NCBI RefSeq assembly: GCF_001194135.2
Contig: NC_069004.1
Coordinates: forward strand, 27,428,209 to 27,461,237
Origin: Octopus bimaculoides
Taxonomy: Eukaryota
Direction: 5' to 3'
Length of the DNA: 33,029 nucleotides
The notes beneath the pieces were generated by a model, which worked only from the letters and a program-made list of their open reading frames with translations, was not told the DNA's origin and searched no databases. A program made the position numbers and the translations under genes. Shown here piece after piece: positions 1-10,871 of the stretch (position 1 is the stretch's first letter; each line of letters starts with the position of its first letter).

Positions 1-168
1 AGGAGAAGAAGGAGGAAGAGAATGAGGAGGAAGAGAATGAAGAGGAAGAGAATGAGGAGGAAGAGAAGGAGGAGGAGGAAGAGAAGGAGGAGGAGGGGAA
101 GAAGAAGAAGAAGAAGAAGAAGAAGAAGAAGAAGAAGAAGAAGAAGAAGAAAAAAGAAGAAGAAGAGT
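1..168 (+). repeat. Purine trinucleotide microsatellite (GAG/GAA)n
   Basis: gaggaagagaat units followed by a pure (gaa)n run. Confidence 0.97.
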
Positions 169-287
169 TCTTTCTAATTTTGGCACAAGGCCAAAAGCGG
201 GGACTTAACTTTAAAAAATCTTGTCTCTTTCTTAGCAACCGGCTTGAACTCTCTCAAGAAAAACTTAAATTAAACTCAAGGAAAAAT

Positions 288-380
288 CATACATACCGAC
301 ATACACACATACACACATACATACATACATACATACATACATGCATACATACATACATACATACATGCATACATACATAC
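288..380 (+). repeat. (TACA)n/(CA)n microsatellite
   Basis: Direct tandem catacatacata run. Confidence 0.95.
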
Positions 381-580
381 CAATCTTGAGAAATTAGGTT
401 TCTCAAAACCAGTAAGGAGAAAGCTAATTCGAAGACTACAGAGCCAATCCATCACTGGAACTATAAAAATCTGTAAAACTTTCCAGAAGTTTATCATTTA
501 AATACATATGAGCATGTGTAAATATGGAACTACTTGCATGAGAATGAATGCATAAAGCAAAACATACAAATCTGCACTCA
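381..580 (+). mobile_element. 3' end of an R4/Dong-like (RLE-type) non-LTR retrotransposon: ORF C-terminus plus 3' UTR
   Basis: 382-501 translates without stops as NLEKLGFSKPVRRKLIRRLQSQSITGTIKICKTFQKFII*, homologous to the C-terminus at 12490-12610 (-), which is contiguous with an RLE domain. Confidence 0.75.
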
Positions 581-603
581 CACATACATACATACATACA
601 TAC

Positions 604-932
604 AAAGGAGCACTCCGTCGGTTGCGACGATGAGAGTTCCAGCTGATACGATCAACGGAACAGCTTGCTCGTGAAATTAACGTGCAAGTGGCTGAGCACT
701 CCACAGACACGTGTACCCTTAACGTAATTCTCGGGGAGATTCAGCGTGACACAGAGTGTGACAAGGCTGGCCCTTTGAAATACAGGTACTACTAATTTTT
801 GCCAGCTGAGTGGACTGGAGCAACGTGAAATAAAGTGTCTTGCTCAAGGACACAACGCGCCGCCAGGAATTGAACACACGACCTTATGATCATGAGCCGA
901 ATGCCCCTAACCACTAAGCCACGTGCCTTCAC
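604..932 (-). mobile_element. tRNA-derived SINE with CORE-like central domain, near full length
   Basis: Minus strand: A-box tggcttagtgg (911-921), B-box gttcaattcc (866-875), then cttgagcaagacactttatttcacgttgctccagt shared with 3319-3640 and 30300-30570. The 3' half is shared with 29685-29952. Confidence 0.85.
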
Positions 933-1274
933 ACATACATACATACATACAAAGATACCCTGTTGCTGATGTTGAAATTCCAATGAAGGAGCCTTGGATC
1001 TGGGTTAGAAACCGGCTCTTTCTCTATTGAAATAAAACAGAACAATGACATATACAATTTGCAGATGGAACGTGTAAAATGTCTTGGTTGTGCAACAGAC
1101 ACACAGACACAGTCTTACATACTCACGACTTAGTGCACAATCCATCTGCAAATTATGAATATTATGATTATTAGATACGTACTTACATGCATGCATACAT
1201 ACATTCAGACTGACATCCAAACAGACAGACAGGCAGACAGACAAACAGACAAACAAACAGACTGACAGAGAGAC

Positions 1275-1490
1275 AAGTGTGCACTTGCTTTAGTTAGTTA
1301 AGTGCCTATGTGATAATCTGGATAGACTAGGATTTTCAGAAAAAGGAAATCAACCAACAGCCATGTCACAAATGGTTTGTAAACGGAACATTAAAAATAT
1401 GCAAGGCATTTCACAAGTTCAAAATATGAATATCTATCTGTTATCTACATTTCGATGATGGAGTTTTGTATCTTTGTTAGAAAACCGTAT
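1275..1490 (+). mobile_element. Second R4/Dong-like 3' fragment, frameshifted
   Basis: Translates with frameshifts as KCLCDNLDRLGFSEKEINQ...GTLKICKAFHKFKI*. Its 3' UTR tgttatctacatttcgatgatggagttttg matches the reverse complement of about 12425-12480. Confidence 0.7.
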
Positions 1491-1782
1491 ATAGGACGAT
1501 TCCAAATAATTAAAAATAGAAGAGAACATACATATACACACAATCTAGAAAACAGCTCTGAAAAATGAATGAACAAACAGACGCACCTTGAGAAATATTG
1601 GTTCTCACGGATAGAGAAAGAGGAAAAAATAATTTCATATCAAGATATTATTGTAAAAAGACGTTCTTACAAAACAGAAATACAATAAAAGGCAAAGTAA
1701 TTTTTTTTTTTTGTTCTGTTTTTTTTTTTTTGGTAAATATATCTCCGGCAGAAATATTCCTAGTAGACAATAACACACGTAC

Positions 1783-2225
1783 TCACAAGCAACATTCACA
1801 CACGCACCCATACACACACATACACACAAACACACAAACATGTACATACATATGCATACACACACAGCTACACATACCACCATACACTCTCACAAACTCA
1901 CACAAACATACATACATACATAAACAGATGCATACATATGCATGCATATATACATACATATATACATACATATATACATACATATATACATACATATATA
2001 CGTACATACACTCATGGACAAAATATCTCCGACGGACACATTCAGAGTAGAAAATAATACATCAACACATGCACAAATACACACGCACTCGCATTACATA
2101 CATACATACATATATATATACATACGTACATACACACAGACAAACACACACACTCATACATACATACATACATACATACATACATACATACATACATACA
2201 TACGCACGCAGGCAGGCACACACAG
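1783..2225 (+). repeat. Compound (CA)/(TACA)/(TA) microsatellite region
   Basis: Direct simple repeats; source of the spurious ORFs at 1598-2386. Confidence 0.92.
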
Positions 2226-2479
2226 ATGTATATAAGAATTGGAAGACTTCGTTGAGATACAAATATCTGGAAATAGAGACGTTCCGAATGTGAGGAAATG
2301 AAAATTGAAACTATCTCTAAGGTAATAAAATATAGAGAGAAGAAAAACAGGAGAGCCACAAATAAATTTCGTAACTCAAGCAACAAGATGTAGACATCCA
2401 GAGAGTTTACGTAATCTTACGCTATTTCGGACTACAGATATTAAACGTACGCTGCCGGTAGTATCCAAAAACAAATGCG

Positions 2480-2530
2480 CTGGTGCCCTAGCATGGGCGC
2501 ATTTCAATAACTGAAACAAATAAAAAAAAA
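2480..2530 (+). mobile_element. 3' tail fragment of SINE family A
   Basis: ggtgccctagcatgggcgca...actgaaacaaataaaa matches the tails at 10815-10865 and 31235-31290. Confidence 0.6.
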
Positions 2531-2542
2531 CGAGTAGAATAT

Positions 2543-2710
2543 AGGGGCAGGCGTGTCTGTGCGGTTAAGAAGTTCGCTTTGCAACCATGTGGTTTTGGGT
2601 TCGGCCCCACTGCGCAGTACCTTTGGATAGTGTCTTGTACTATAGCGTCCGACTGGCCAATATCACGAGAGTGAATTTTGTAGAAGGAAACTGTGAAAGC
2701 CTGTCGAATA
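2543..2710 (+). mobile_element. SINE family A, 5' half (tRNA-like head plus CORE-like domain)
   Basis: gcgtgtctgtgcggttaagaag...gggttcggccccactgcg...ggaaactg matches other family A heads. Confidence 0.8.
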
Positions 2711-2723
2711 TATAAATATGTAT

Positions 2724-2760
<37 letters not shown>

Positions 2761-3246
2761 NNNNNNNNNNNNNNNNNNNNNNNNNNNNNNNNNNNNNNNN
2801 NNNNNNNNNNNNNNNNNNNNNNNNNNNNNNNNNNNNNNNNNNNNNNNNNNNNNNNNNNNNNNNNNNNNNNNNNNNNNNNNNNNNNNNNNNNNNNNNNNNN
2901 NNNNNNNNNNNNNNNNNNNNNNNNNNNNNNNNNNNNNNNNNNNNNNNNNNNNNNNNNNNNNNNNNNNNNNNNNNNNNNNNNNNNNNNNNNNNNNNNNNNN
3001 NNNNNNNNNNNNNNNNNNNNNNNNNNNNNNNNNNNNNNNNNNNNNNNNNNNNNNNNNNNNNNNNNNNNNNNNNNNNNNNNNNNNNNNNNNNNNNNNNNNN
3101 NNNNNNNNNNNNNNNNNNNNNNNNNNNNNNNNNNNNNNNNNNNNNNNNNNNNNNNNNNNNNNNNNNNNNNNNNNNNNNNNNNNNNNNNNNNNNNNNNNNN
3201 NNNNNNNNNNNNNNNNNNNNNNNNNNNNNNNNNNNNNNNNNNNNNN
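2761..3246. other. Assembly gap (N-run)
   Basis: N bases. Confidence 1.
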
Positions 3247-3284
3247 ATTAATTAATAAATTGATAATCTTTTACCCTTTTAATT

Positions 3285-3318
<34 letters not shown>

Positions 3319-3320
<2 letters not shown>

Positions 3321-3640
3321 CTTCGGTCATGAATAACCATGAGTTTGCACCTAGAAAGTTACCCTCCGAGGAACATGTCTGGGCAAGGTTATTTATGGAA
3401 GACCATCAATCACTCATGCATACCAGCCTCCCCTCTCCACGCCACTGATGTTATCCAAGGGAAAGGCAAAGGCTGATACAGCTTGGCACCAGTGACGTCG
3501 CAACTCATTTTTACAGCTGAGTGAACTGGAGCAACGTGAAATAAAGTGTCTTGCTCAAGAACACAACATACAACCGGGTTCGGGAACCGAACTCACTATT
3601 TCATGATTGTGAGTTCGACGCTCTAACTACTGAGCCATAC
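3319..3640 (-). mobile_element. tRNA-derived CORE-like SINE with a distinct 3' tail
   Basis: Minus strand: A-box tggctcagtagttag, B-box-like gttcggttccc, CORE-like cttgagcaagacactttatttcacgttgctccag, and a tail ending catggttattcatgaccgaaggg. Confidence 0.82.
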
Positions 3641-3941
3641 CATCCATGCAGGAAGAGCAAAAGATTGTCTTAACTAGTACGTCACACAAACTGAGAAGAG
3701 TATTGTTGAATTTTCTTTCCTTTTTCTCCTTTATTCTCTTTGCTTACATTTTTATCTTTTATTTTTTCCTTTTTCTCTCTATCTTTCTTCCCCTTTTTCT
3801 CTATCACATGACTTTGTAAATGAACAACCTGGTGTGTTTATTTTAATGGCCTACCAATGTATACAGTGCGTTTCTCTGCCCTAGGTGTCAAGAAGGCACC
3901 CGGCAAGAAATGGAAACAGAATTGAAAGATAATAATTATAA

Positions 3942-3960
3942 CATCAACAACAACAACAAC

Positions 3961-4023
<63 letters not shown>
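3942..4023 (+). repeat. (AAC)n-(AAT)n microsatellite
   Basis: Direct tandem repeat. Confidence 0.97.
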
Positions 4024-4024
<1 letters not shown>

Positions 4025-4179
4025 TGACTGTGTGGTAAGAAGTTTGCTTCTCAACCACATGGTTCAAGGTTCATTTCCACAGCGTGGCACCTTGGGCAAG
4101 TGTCTTCTACTACAGCCTCGGGTCGAGCAAAGCCTTGTGAATAGATTTGATTGACGGAAACTGAAAGCCCATCGTATAT

Positions 4180-4224
<45 letters not shown>

Positions 4225-4408
4225 TTTGTATCTGTGTTTGCCTTCCACCACCGCTTGACTACTGGTGTTGGTTTGTTCACACCCCCGTAACTTAGCGCTT
4301 GGGAAAAAAATACCCGATAGAATAAGTACCGAGCTTTAAAAAAATAAGTAATAGGGTCGATTTATTCGACCAAAAGGTCTTCAAGGTGGTGCCCCAGCAT
4401 GGCCGCAC
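4024..4408 (+). mobile_element. SINE family A, near full length with internal (GT)n
   Basis: Head gtgactgtgtggtaagaag..., core cttgggcaagtgtcttctactacagcctcggg, internal (tg)n, 3' module ending ggtgccccagcatggccgca. Confidence 0.9.
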
Positions 4409-5211
4409 TGTGTGTGTGTGTGTGTACTTAATTATGTGTATAATCTCTGATAAAGGAAATTTTTCGACACACCGTATTGCATCTATAACATTCTGCCGTG
4501 AGTGTTTTTGTAATTATCCTTTTAAGGGTGCACATATTCTACCCAACCGGAATCTTTCTGTTTTCCAGCAAATTACACGTGTACTGCTGATGTTGAAACT
4601 ACTGACAGAGATCACAGCTGATTAAATGCTATTTCTGAGTGGAAACGAGGGGGAAAAATCTAATTCAGAAGGAAAAGAATGGATGGATGCTGACTAAAAA
4701 CCACAGGCAATATGTGACATGTCGACGTATTGACAGAATATTTCGAGCAGTGAAAAGGTGAAAAGAAGAAACTAGCAATTACATAGATTCACTGCTAAAT
4801 ATCATATGATATGATTCTCCACTCCTGTCTCTGCTAATACCGGGTGTCTAAATAGATTGACTGCCAAATATCATCTGACATGACTCTCTACTCCTATCTC
4901 CATTTATACTGGGTATCTAAAAGTATTTAGCATCCCTGACTAAATATAAAACTTTCAGACAAATATAAAGTCAGAGTGAGTTGAACTGACACGAGGTTTA
5001 GACGTACCCAAATGAAATTGATATATCTATCTACCAGAGCAATATTTTCAAATTAGATTCATTACAGTAACATCTGTTTGCTATTTATATGATACCTCTG
5101 GTATCAATTTAAAAGTATCAACTCTCTCAGATAATGATGGTGATAATGAAGTGTGAACCATATCATATTCATATTTTATTCCAAGAGTGAAATGATAAAA
5201 TGTTTGATACA

Positions 5212-5710
5212 AGCGCAGGCATGGTTGTGTATTTAAGATGTTCACTTTACAACCATATGGTTTCGGGTTCGGTACCAATGCGTGGCACCTTGGTTAAATG
5301 TCTTCTACTATATCCCCGTGCTGACTATATTCCTGACTATATTTTTTGTGATATCTCCAGGTCTTGTGATTGAATTTGGTAGACAGACACCGTGCAAAAG
5401 TCCGTCGTATATACGAAGGGGTACTGAAAAGTTCCTGGTTTAGAGTAAAAGAAAATGCAGGAGGATCAGTTAATTATGATCTTATTCAACAAATTCCCCT
5501 TCTCAGATTCACACACTTATTGCAGCGATTTTTCTGGGATCTGTAAAAGAACTCGGAAAGTTGAGACTCCATCCATGCCTTTTGCGACACCTTCAAAGCC
5601 AGGAAGTTTTCAGCGCCCCCTCTTATGTATGTATGTATGTATGTATGTATATGCATGCGAATCTCTGTCTTTTGTCTTTCCACCACCACCTGACAATCAG
5701 TGGTTTGTTT
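5212..5710 (+). mobile_element. SINE family A interrupted by a MITE
   Basis: Head at 5212-5411; resumes after 5625 with (tatg)n and tctttgtctttccaccaccacctgacaa. Confidence 0.8.
5414..5623. mobile_element. Mariner/Tc1-type MITE (about 210 bp) with about 28-bp terminal inverted repeats
   Basis: Left end cgaaggggtactgaaaagttcctggttt; the reverse complement of the right end aaagccaggaagttttcagcgccccctc is gagggggcgctgaaaacttcctggcttt. Flanked by TA, with no coding capacity. Confidence 0.85.
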
Positions 5711-5849
5711 GCAGACTAAAAGTGAAAATCATTTAAGAATTATATCATTTGATCCTCTTATATCCTAATGAAAATATTATCCAAAGATATTATATTGAAA
5801 TAGGAACAAACGTAAAAAGAACGCAAATCTGACTCTCGCAGACTTAATA

Positions 5850-6260
5850 AAAGACATAAACATCAATAGGACCATTAACCAGGTAAAGTAGTATATGCAG
5901 TAGAAATAGTAGCTACAAAGAAAAGCGAGTAGTTCCTTTAGTACCTTAGATCTACTAACATGAGAATATGAAAACCTAAGCATGAAACATGTAAAACAAA
6001 CACAGAGGGAAGGATAGAAAACGAATGAAATGATCTCTCAAGTTTAATGAAATCAATGATGAAACAACAGAACCGAAAACGGCAAGGAGAGACAAATACA
6101 ACAGAAATATAACAAAAAGAAGCCGAAATCAAAGAATATCTGAAACAAGAGATTCTTGCTAAATTTCAAAGAATACATTCCTATGAAAAGTGACGATACT
6201 TTGAACACGACAAACAGTTCTACTCTGACCCAAAACGATTTGTCAAGAACTAGGTAAGCA
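5850..6260 (+). pseudogene. Decayed pre-RT segment of an R4/Dong-like LINE ORF
   Basis: Contains VVYAVEIVATKK and, with in-frame stops, RIENE*NDLSSL...EYLKQEILAKFQRIHSYEK*RYFEHDKQFYSDPKRF. This resembles the LKQ..A...I.RYE.R...Y.QN..F....KRF motif upstream of RT in R4-clade elements (recognised by eye). Confidence 0.5.
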
Positions 6261-6323
6261 AAGAAGGCAAATAATAAAATAATAAAATAGAAATCGACGC
6301 AGCATCAGAGGTAGAAGAATTTC

Positions 6324-6385
6324 AAAGAATTATATTGGCAGCGACTGAATCGCTACCAATTCAGTCGCTGCCAATATAATTCTTT
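6324..6385. repeat. Perfect inverted repeat: 27-bp arms, 8-nt loop
   Basis: aaagaattatattggcagcgactgaat - cgctacca - attcagtcgctgccaatataattcttt. Confidence 0.97.
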
Positions 6386-6419
6386 CAAAACACAGCACTG
6401 AAGCAATTGTTGGAGAAGT

Positions 6420-6560
6420 GGTTTCAAATTTTGGCACAAGGCCAGCAATTACGATGAGAGGTAAGTGGATTACATCGATGCCAGTGCTCAACCGGTACTT
6501 ATTTTATCGACCCCGAGAGGATGACAGGCAAAGTCGATCTCGGTGTAATTCGAACTCATA
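6420..6560 (-). mobile_element. SINE family B, 3' part
   Basis: ttttggcacaaggcc...gattacatcga...ggtacttattttatcgaccccga...ggcaaagtcga, as in 10872-11060 and 20110-20540. Confidence 0.85.
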
Positions 6561-6859
6561 GGATGTCTTGCTAGGGGCTGACAGTAAACTCAAAGGCTGA
6601 CCCAGGAGCACACACTCTGGTTACGCTACTCGACAACATTTGACTGACTCACTGCGCGAATAACTCATCTAAATCATCAAAACTAAAGAAACGGTAAACC
6701 CTTGAAATGAAAAATTGCCATTATTATACACTAACATATTCTGAGTAGTCTGCTCATCTTGCTTGTGATAGTCACAACATTTCGACTGTTGTACTCACCC
6801 GCCTTCTTCCAGCACCTGGCCTATTCAGTGATGTGTTCGGAATTTCAAAGCCAATATCT

Positions 6860-7204
6860 TTTGCTTTCATTTCGTTGTCCATACCGTGGAGAATCAGGAC
6901 AATAAAGACAGGCGCGTGATATGAGGCGATCAAACAGGCGATCGTTTACTTTGGCCACGGAGCAAGCACCACTGTGCATTACTGTGACCTTGCCAATGAA
7001 AACGGGTCAGAAACTGGCTGTTTTTAGGACAGCTGCCAAGTAGTCCTCAAAATTGAGGTTGAGCGTGTGTGTCCCAGAAATTATGGTTTCAGTAATGGCT
7101 ACCACATCTAAGCCAAATGATCTGAAGCCGGTGAGCAAGTAGCCTTGTTTCCAGACTAATCTCAAACCACGTACATGAATACGTCCTACTCTAGGTGACA
7201 GCAT
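6860..7204 (-). pseudogene. N-terminal APE-endonuclease fragment of an L1/Tx1-like LINE ORF2
   Basis: ORF 7007-7204 reads GRIHVRGLR...GLDVVAITET, matching APE motifs I (xNVxGL) and II (DxxxxQET). Downstream is decayed. Confidence 0.6.
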
Positions 7205-7404
7205 GTTTATTGGAGAAAGCTGAAGGAAAGGTTACATTATGTGTGGCAGATGGTCTATATTCGTTTGAGACGAGTGTCCCTTGAAAGGTTGCTGTAACAA
7301 AGTTTTGTTTACTGATTTTCTTTAAATACCAATATTTCGTGGGAAGTTGTCAAACACTATTCATGATGATGATGATAGCAGCAAACGACGCCGACGACGT
7401 CGTG

Positions 7405-7484
7405 AAGAAGAAGAAGAAGAAGAAGAAGAAGAAGAAGAAGAAGAAGAAGAAGAAGAAGAAGAAGAAGAAGAAGAAGAATGCAAC

Positions 7485-7517
<33 letters not shown>
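7405..7517 (+). repeat. (GAA)n followed by (GAT)n microsatellite
   Basis: Direct tandem repeats running into a gap. Confidence 0.97.
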
Positions 7518-7958
7518 NNNNNNNNNNNNNNNNNNNNNNNNNNNNNNNNNNNNNNNNNNNNNNNNNNNNNNNNNNNNNNNNNNNNNNNNNNNNNNNNNNN
7601 NNNNNNNNNNNNNNNNNNNNNNNNNNNNNNNNNNNNNNNNNNNNNNNNNNNNNNNNNNNNNNNNNNNNNNNNNNNNNNNNNNNNNNNNNNNNNNNNNNNN
7701 NNNNNNNNNNNNNNNNNNNNNNNNNNNNNNNNNNNNNNNNNNNNNNNNNNNNNNNNNNNNNNNNNNNNNNNNNNNNNNNNNNNNNNNNNNNNNNNNNNNN
7801 NNNNNNNNNNNNNNNNNNNNNNNNNNNNNNNNNNNNNNNNNNNNNNNNNNNNNNNNNNNNNNNNNNNNNNNNNNNNNNNNNNNNNNNNNNNNNNNNNNNN
7901 NNNNNNNNNNNNNNNNNNNNNNNNNNNNNNNNNNNNNNNNNNNNNNNNNNNNNNNNNN
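7518..7958. other. Assembly gap (N-run)
   Basis: N bases. Confidence 1.
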
Positions 7959-7999
<41 letters not shown>

Positions 8000-8007
8000 G
8001 CACACAC

Positions 8008-8048
<41 letters not shown>

Positions 8049-8364
8049 CATATAACTCTGAGCTTTCAGTAATTTATTTAAGACAGATTCACAATTTGTA
8101 TTGTCCAGGTGTTTTAGCACGATATATCTTGCTTGATGTCAATTCTTCGTGTGTGTGTGTGTGTGTGTAGGTGTGTGTAAAAGTGTGTGTGTAAGTGCGC
8201 GTGAACGTAAACGTGAAGCTGTTTGAGGGAGAGAGAAATAGTGAGACAGAAAAGATAGAAGGAAGGATAGAGAAAGAAATAGAGAGAAAGAGAGAGAGAA
8301 GGGGAAAAAGCGAGAAAGAAAGAGAGAGAGACAGAGATTGCGAAAGCGACTTTGTAAATTTTCT

Positions 8365-8387
8365 GTAAAGTTATGTATGTATACTCA

Positions 8388-8426
<39 letters not shown>

Positions 8427-8840
8427 TAATGCGCACACATAAGCACACTCGAACAATACAATAGATACAATACATATTTACGTACACGTACACATACATA
8501 CACAGGCATACAAAGACACACACACACACACACCCTCATGCACATTCATGCCCACATATAAGCATACACTTAGACCTATATACATACATACATACATACA
8601 TACATGCGTACACATACATTCCTACAACCATATATATATGCATACATACATAAATGCATACATACCTACACACATACGTACGTATATGCATACATACATA
8701 CACACACATACACACATACATACATACATACATACATACATACATACGTGCGCACACATACATTCCTACAACCATATATACATATATGCATACACACATA
8801 AATGCATACATACCCACACACATACGTACATACACACGTA
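8365..8840 (+). repeat. Compound CA/TACA microsatellite with an internal duplication
   Basis: acacatacattcctacaaccatatata occurs twice (about 8610 and about 8753). Confidence 0.9.
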
Positions 8841-9380
8841 NNNNNNNNNNNNNNNNNNNNNNNNNNNNNNNNNNNNNNNNNNNNNNNNNNNNNNNNNNNN
8901 NNNNNNNNNNNNNNNNNNNNNNNNNNNNNNNNNNNNNNNNNNNNNNNNNNNNNNNNNNNNNNNNNNNNNNNNNNNNNNNNNNNNNNNNNNNNNNNNNNNN
9001 NNNNNNNNNNNNNNNNNNNNNNNNNNNNNNNNNNNNNNNNNNNNNNNNNNNNNNNNNNNNNNNNNNNNNNNNNNNNNNNNNNNNNNNNNNNNNNNNNNNN
9101 NNNNNNNNNNNNNNNNNNNNNNNNNNNNNNNNNNNNNNNNNNNNNNNNNNNNNNNNNNNNNNNNNNNNNNNNNNNNNNNNNNNNNNNNNNNNNNNNNNNN
9201 NNNNNNNNNNNNNNNNNNNNNNNNNNNNNNNNNNNNNNNNNNNNNNNNNNNNNNNNNNNNNNNNNNNNNNNNNNNNNNNNNNNNNNNNNNNNNNNNNNNN
9301 NNNNNNNNNNNNNNNNNNNNNNNNNNNNNNNNNNNNNNNNNNNNNNNNNNNNNNNNNNNNNNNNNNNNNNNNNNNNNNNN
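8841..9380. other. Assembly gap (N-run)
   Basis: N bases. Confidence 1.
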
Positions 9381-10363
9381 NATATATATATATATATATA
9401 GGTATATATTTGCATGTATATACATAGATATATGTATGTATGTATATATGTGTGTGTGTGTACATATATACACACATGCTCACTGAGACACACACACACC
9501 CAGACGCACACACACACACACACACACATATACATATGCATGTAAATATATATGTATATGCATGCATGTATATGTATTCATGTGCATAAATATATATATT
9601 TATATATCCATAGATATATATATATAGACATATATATACATACATATATACTTATACGTACATATTTATGAGTGTGCGTGTGCTTGTGTGTGTGTGTGTT
9701 CATACGGTACAGACACTCATGTAAATGGTTGACACACATCCACACACGTCCACACACACTCGTTCACACAGAGTAAAGTAATTACTAACATACATGAAGT
9801 AACGAAGAAACTAAAAAGTTTTTAATTAATTAAAATTTCGCCTATTCTAATGAAAACAATTATATTCTAAATGATTAAATGTGATCAGAAAAGGCAAGGG
9901 ATAAAAAACCTCGAAATTTTAATTAGTTAAAATTAAATAATTATGGAATGCAGTGGAAGAATGAGTCTTTATTGGTTTACTGTGCCAAGTATACTGAATC
10001 ACATTGTTCTCTCTTACGTTCTCATGGTGTAAGCATTCTTGTTTCTTACTCTTATTGCAGCCCTGCACAAATATATGGGGAAGTGCAAAGGTCGCCCACC
10101 AGTAAAATAATACTTTGCCATAACATCATCATATTTGATGGACTTTTTTTTTCTTTTGTAAGTAAATGTGATAAATGTTCATAAAATGGTGATTGTCTTT
10201 ATTTTAGGACCATATCAGGAATTTTTTATTAAACGTTGATTTCGTCTATCGAAGGATTGGCAGCCGAAGATCTGTGTGCTGGCCTTCGAGGTTCCTAGAC
10301 CAAACTCCCCTTGACTTTTTCCTTTGTGTGGGCACCTTCAGTCCGTTGTCTATGCAACTCATC

Positions 10364-10652
10364 GGCTGTGTGGTAAGTAGTTTCCTTACCAATCACATGG
10401 TTCTGGGTTCAGTCCCACTGCGTGGCATCTTGGGCAAGTGTCTTCTACTATAGCCTCGGGCCGACCAAAGCCTTGTGAGTGGATTTGGTAGACGGAAACT
10501 GAAAGAAGCCCGTCGTATATATATATATATATATATATATATATNNNNNNNNNNNNNNNNNNNNNNNNNNNNNNNNNNNNNNNNNNNNNNNNNNNNNNNN
10601 NNNNNNNNNNNNNNNNNNNNNNNNNNNNNNNNNNNNNNNNNNNNNNNNNNNN

Positions 10653-10683
<31 letters not shown>

Positions 10684-10865
10684 TCCCTAGCATTGCTTGA
10701 CAACCGATGCTGGTGTGTTTATGTACCCGTCACTTAGCGGTTCGGCAAAAGAAACCGATAGAATAAGTACTGGGCTTACAAAGAATAAGTCCCGGGGTTG
10801 ATCTGCTCAACTAAAGGCGGTGCCCCAGCATGGTCGCAGTCAAATGACTGAAACAAGTAAAAGAG
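10364..10865 (+). mobile_element. SINE family A, full length, internal microsatellite spanning a gap
   Basis: ggctgtgtggtaagtag...gggttcagtcccactgcgtggc...gaaagaagcccgtcg-(TA)n-N-(GT)n-3' module ending aatgactgaaacaagtaaaagagta. Confidence 0.92.
10545..10652. other. Assembly gap (N-run)
   Basis: N bases. Confidence 1.
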
Positions 10866-10871
10866 TATTAT

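Noticed and set aside
10061-10157. Possible exon between ...ttattgcAG and GTAAGT
   Set aside because: It ends in a poly-T run, gives no recognisable peptide and has no partner exons.
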